64,000 nt of DNA, from the NCBI GenBank assembly GCA_039585235.1, contig JBDGWG010000007.1, positions 1-64,000 of the forward strand. Reading direction: 5' to 3'. The notes beneath the pieces are model-generated. The model worked only from the letters and a program-made list of their open reading frames with translations, made no database searches and was not told the origin of the DNA. This DNA is from Gemmatimonadota bacterium. GTDB taxonomy: Bacteria > Gemmatimonadota > Gemmatimonadetes > Palauibacterales > Palauibacteraceae. A program made the position numbers and the translations under genes. Shown one piece after another: positions 60,613 through 64,000 of this stretch (the stretch's first letter is position 1; each line of letters starts with the position of its first letter).

Positions 60613-62823
60613 ATGCTTCGGTTCTACAGATTCCGCCGCCGGGCCGCCCGGCTCGCTCTTTCTCTCGCGGTCGCACTGCCGACGCTCCTCACGGCTCCGC
60701 CGCCTGCCCCCGCCCAGGTGGGCGGTGTGGACCTGGACACGATCCGGGCAGGGCGGTTCGACTACGGCAAGATGTGGACGTTCGAGTACGCTCCCGCGGA
60801 CTACTTCAGTGAGACCTACAGATTCGACGCGAGCCCCGAATGGTTCGAGCGTGCCCGGCTGTCGGTGCTTCGGATCCCCGGCTGCTCCGCGTCGTTCGTG
60901 TCTCCGCACGGCCTGGTGGCGACCAACTACCATTGCGTGCAGGACAGGGTGGCGGATCTGAGCGGCGAGGGCGAAGACCTGCCTTCAGACGGTTTCGTCG
61001 CCCGCACGCTCACGGACGAGCGCCTCATTCCCGGCTACTACGCGGACCAGCTGATCCGGGTGCAGGACATCTCGGACCAGGTGTTCGCGGTGACGGACTC
61101 GGCGTCGGAGGAGGACCGGAACGCAGCTCGGACCGAGGTCATCCAGGAGGTCCAGACTGCGCTCAAGGCTGAGCACGGCTCGAGCGGCGATTCGATCTGG
61201 GTGCAGGTGATCGGATTGTACAATGGCGGCCGCTACTCGGCATACGTATTCCGCCGCTTCACGGACGTGCGGTTGGTCGTGGCGGCAGAGGTCGAGATGG
61301 GATTCTTCGGGGGCGATCCCGACAACTTCACCTATCCGCGCTACGACCTCGACTTCGCGTTTCTGCGCATCTACGAAGACGGCCGGCCGTATCGTCCCGA
61401 GCACTACTTCGGGTGGGGCGCCGGCGTGGAGCCGGGCGATGCGGTGTTCATCATCGGCAATCCCGCTCAGACGAACCGGCTGAAGACGATCGCGCAGCTC
61501 GAATACCAGCGCGACGTGTCCGTGCCGATCAACGTTCATTTCCTGGATACGCGCCTGGGCGTCCTGGCGGATTTCCGGCGGGCGGATCCGGAAGGTGCGC
61601 GCGAGCTCGGCATCCGTAACTGGATGCATAGCCTTTCGAACTCGCTGAAGGCCAATACCGGCCGGCTGGAGGCGCTCAACAACCCGATGATCATGGCCCG
61701 CAAGGCCGATGCGGAACGCAAGCTCCGGGAGGCGATCGCCGCCGACGCAGGCCTGAGCGCCGCCTACGGCGACCTGTTCGACCGCCTGGCCGCAATCCAG
61801 GTCCGGAAGCGGGAGTTCGAGACCCATACGGGTGCCTTCGGGGCCATGGGCAACCTGTTCGCTGGCTCCGTGACGATGGCCCGGGCCATGCGCGCCGAAG
61901 CCGTGCTCAACGGGATCGCGCATGAGGAATCGGAAGAGGAGATGGAGCCGCTCATGACGGAGCTGCGCCGCGTGCCTGACCGGCCGGCGCAGGTCGAGGT
62001 CGGCTTCCTGGCGCAGAGGTTCGCGGACTTCCAGCGCTTCCTCGGGGCGGACCATCCGATCACGCAGGCCGCCCTGGGCGGGCTGGATCCCGAGACGGCG
62101 GCCCGCGCCATGCTGGACGCAAGCGTCCTTGCGAATCGCGACGCGACGCTGGCGGCGATCGAGGCGGGAACGCTAGGCGTTGAGGATCCGATGATCGCCC
62201 TGATGGCGGAGATCTTCCGGATCACGAGCGAGTTCCGGCCCCTCGTCGGTGCGCTCACGAGCGAGGAGAATGACCTGCAGGCGGCGCTCGGCCGCGCCCG
62301 GTTCGAGGTGCACGGGAGCGCGATTCCGCCGGACGGTTCCTTCTCGCCGCGCATCGCCGATGGAATCGTGAAGGGTTACGCCTACAACGGCACGCTGGCC
62401 CCTCCTTACACGACCTTCTACGGTCTGTACGACCGGTACTTCAGCCACGGTGAAGGCGTGGGGATCGGCGAGGAATGGAATCTCCCGGAGCGCTGGAAGA
62501 AGCCGCCCGCGGGGCTCGACCTGAGCACTCCGCTGAACTTCGTGTCGACCACTGACTCGTACGGCGGCAACAGTGGCTCCCCGGCCGTAACTCCGGACCT
62601 CGACCTGGTCGGCCTCAACTTCGATCGCAACATCAACGGCCTGTCGCGCGACTTCATCTACCTGCCCGAGCAGGGAAGGAACGTGATGGTCGATGTCCGT
62701 GCCATCCGGGCGGCACTCGACGTCGTGTACGACGCCGACCGCATCGTGGCCGAGATGGTAGCGGGCATGATGTACGAATCGGAGGAGGAAGCTGACGCGG
62801 CAGAGTCGGCGGCGGCGATGTAG
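60613..62823 (+). CDS. S46-family dipeptidyl-peptidase (DPP7/DPP11-like), secreted
   Basis: 'GCSASFVSPHGLVATNYHCV' matches the S46 'GCTGSFVSPDGLVMTNHHC' block. Signal peptide after ATG 60613. Confidence 0.8.
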   Translation: MLRFYRFRRRAARLALSLAVALPTLLTAPPPAPAQVGGVDLDTIRAGRFDYGKMWTFEYAPADYFSETYRFDASPEWFERARLSVLRIPGCSASFVSPHGLVATNYHCVQDRVADLSGEGEDLPSDGFVARTLTDERLIPGYYADQLIRVQDISDQVFAVTDSASEEDRNAARTEVIQEVQTALKAEHGSSGDSIWVQVIGLYNGGRYSAYVFRRFTDVRLVVAAEVEMGFFGGDPDNFTYPRYDLDFAFLRIYEDGRPYRPEHYFGWGAGVEPGDAVFIIGNPAQTNRLKTIAQLEYQRDVSVPINVHFLDTRLGVLADFRRADPEGARELGIRNWMHSLSNSLKANTGRLEALNNPMIMARKADAERKLREAIAADAGLSAAYGDLFDRLAAIQVRKREFETHTGAFGAMGNLFAGSVTMARAMRAEAVLNGIAHEESEEEMEPLMTELRRVPDRPAQVEVGFLAQRFADFQRFLGADHPITQAALGGLDPETAARAMLDASVLANRDATLAAIEAGTLGVEDPMIALMAEIFRITSEFRPLVGALTSEENDLQAALGRARFEVHGSAIPPDGSFSPRIADGIVKGYAYNGTLAPPYTTFYGLYDRYFSHGEGVGIGEEWNLPERWKKPPAGLDLSTPLNFVSTTDSYGGNSGSPAVTPDLDLVGLNFDRNINGLSRDFIYLPEQGRNVMVDVRAIRAALDVVYDADRIVAEMVAGMMYESEEEADAAESAAAM

Positions 62824-62907
62824 GCTGCCCGCCGCCTTGCGGCGTCCGCTGTCCGCCTGTCCATTCTTTGGCCGGATCGAATCACGAAACTTCAAGGAGT
62901 GACACGC

Positions 62908-63501
62908 ATGAACCGTTTCAGGGTAAGCCTGGTCGCGATTGCCCTCGGCCTGGTCGTCGCCACGCCCGCGTTCGCGCAGAGAAACCGCACGATGGTCGGC
63001 ATCTCGGCCGGCGCCACGACGAGCGACATACAGGGAGGGGCCGTGATCAACACGCCGTCTCAGTGGGGCTTCATCGGCGGGATCTTCGGTGCGTTCCGAA
63101 CCAGCCGGAACAGCATGGTCGGACTCGAGGCCAATTACGTGCAGAAGGGCGGCAAGAACCTGGCAGACGTGAGCTACATCGACATCCCGTTCCTCCTCGG
63201 GGCCATCATTCCGACCGACAACGACGCGATCAACTTCAATTTCTACACTGGAATCGGACTCGGCATCAAGGTGAGCTGCAGCGAGGATGCCGGCTCGATT
63301 CTCGTGAGCGCCTGTGATCGAGCCAAGGGCACGGAGTGGAACTGGCCGGTCGGTCTCGCGTTTGCCGTTCGTTCCGGGGGAGGGAAGTACTTCGGCCTGG
63401 ACGGTCGGTACTCGATCGGGATCTCCGACGCGTTCGAGGGTTCGGCCGCGCGCAACCGCTCGTGGCAGTTCAAGGCCCTGTTCGGGATTCCCGTGGGATG
63501 A
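62908..63501 (+). CDS. outer-membrane beta-barrel protein (OmpA/OmpW-like barrel)
   Basis: 'MNRFRVSLVAIALGLVVATPAFAQ' signal. Alternating pattern. C-terminal 'LFGIPVG'. Confidence 0.6.
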   Translation: MNRFRVSLVAIALGLVVATPAFAQRNRTMVGISAGATTSDIQGGAVINTPSQWGFIGGIFGAFRTSRNSMVGLEANYVQKGGKNLADVSYIDIPFLLGAIIPTDNDAINFNFYTGIGLGIKVSCSEDAGSILVSACDRAKGTEWNWPVGLAFAVRSGGGKYFGLDGRYSIGISDAFEGSAARNRSWQFKALFGIPVG

Positions 63502-63650
63502 TGGACTCGGGCGGGGCCTGAAGGCCGCACGAGCCGCCCTCGCTCGCCACCTCGGCGGCGTGACTTTTTCGCGTCTTTCGTGTATGCGCACGCATCCGAA
63601 GGATATGAAGTAGGCGTCCGCGGCCCGACGCCGCGAGCCGGAGGAGCCGA

Positions 63651-64000
63651 TGCCCGCCAATCTCGTAAGCGAGCTGCTGAGACGGCGCGTTCCGCAGGTG
63701 GTCGGGGTGTACCTCGCCGCTGGATGGGGTCTCCTCGAGTTCACGGACTGGGCCACGGGTCGCTTCGAGCTCTCGACCGGGGCGACGGATATCGTCGTCG
63801 GCGCGTGGATCCTGTTTCTCCCCATCGTCGCCGGTGCCGCCTGGCACCTCGGCCATCCGGAGCGCCGGCGCCGGACTTCGCTGCGGGGAACGCCGGTCGC
63901 GACGCCGGTCGCGGCCCCGGCAGCCCGGCCCACAGACATCGTCGTTCTGCCGTTCGCGAACCTGAGCGCCAACGTCGAGGACGAGTACCTCAGCGACGGG
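63651..64000 (+). CDS. TolB-N-like module protein, N-terminal part (runs off the window)
   Basis: 'RRRVPQVVGVYLAAGWGLLEFTDW' followed by 'IVVLPFANLSANVEDEYLSDG' parallels the N-terminus of the protein at 13509. Confidence 0.6.

Overview
This is a high-GC (about 65-70%) bacterial chromosomal segment. The phylum-typical genes (an ~800-aa ADOP-type double-FtsX permease, and proteins with a TolB-N-like 'VLPF...DEYF.DG' module plus TPR) suggest Gemmatimonadota or Acidobacteriota. Coding density is high, and many gene pairs overlap as ATGA or GTGA, which implies translational coupling. I found no tRNA, rRNA, CRISPR array, integrase or transposase by eye.

The window contains, in order:
- A lower-GC island with a sugar nucleotidyltransferase and a CgeB-like glycosyltransferase.
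- A GntR-SPFH (band-7) operon.
- A degraded, low-density stretch with an isolated DUF11 fragment.
- A fimT-pilV-pilW-pilX type IV minor-pilin operon with an unusually large PilX.
- An ADOP permease.
- An operon of a B12-binding radical SAM enzyme sandwiched between two small polytopic membrane proteins. A divergent Cys-rich 66-aa protein lies upstream and thiC lies downstream.
- acs, an M3 peptidase, a reductive-dehalogenase-like Fe-S protein, and an ABC-F ATPase.
- A complete cbb3 oxidase cluster: ccoNOQP, ccoG, a fixH-like stub, ccoI and ccoS, plus an HCxxMCG membrane protein.
- A Ser/Thr kinase, neutral ceramidase and beta-barrel operon.
- An AGCS symporter.
- gdhA.
- A 1434-aa gene with a degenerate MPN/JAMM-like N-terminus, an ~850-aa Ala/Glu/Arg coiled-coil repeat array, one TM segment and a C-terminal domain.
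- yyaL, psuG, ybjT-like, an iorAB-like molybdo-enzyme, an S46 peptidase and an outer-membrane beta-barrel protein.

The two best candidates for an undescribed system are the membrane-embedded B12-rSAM operon and the giant MPN-coiled-coil protein.
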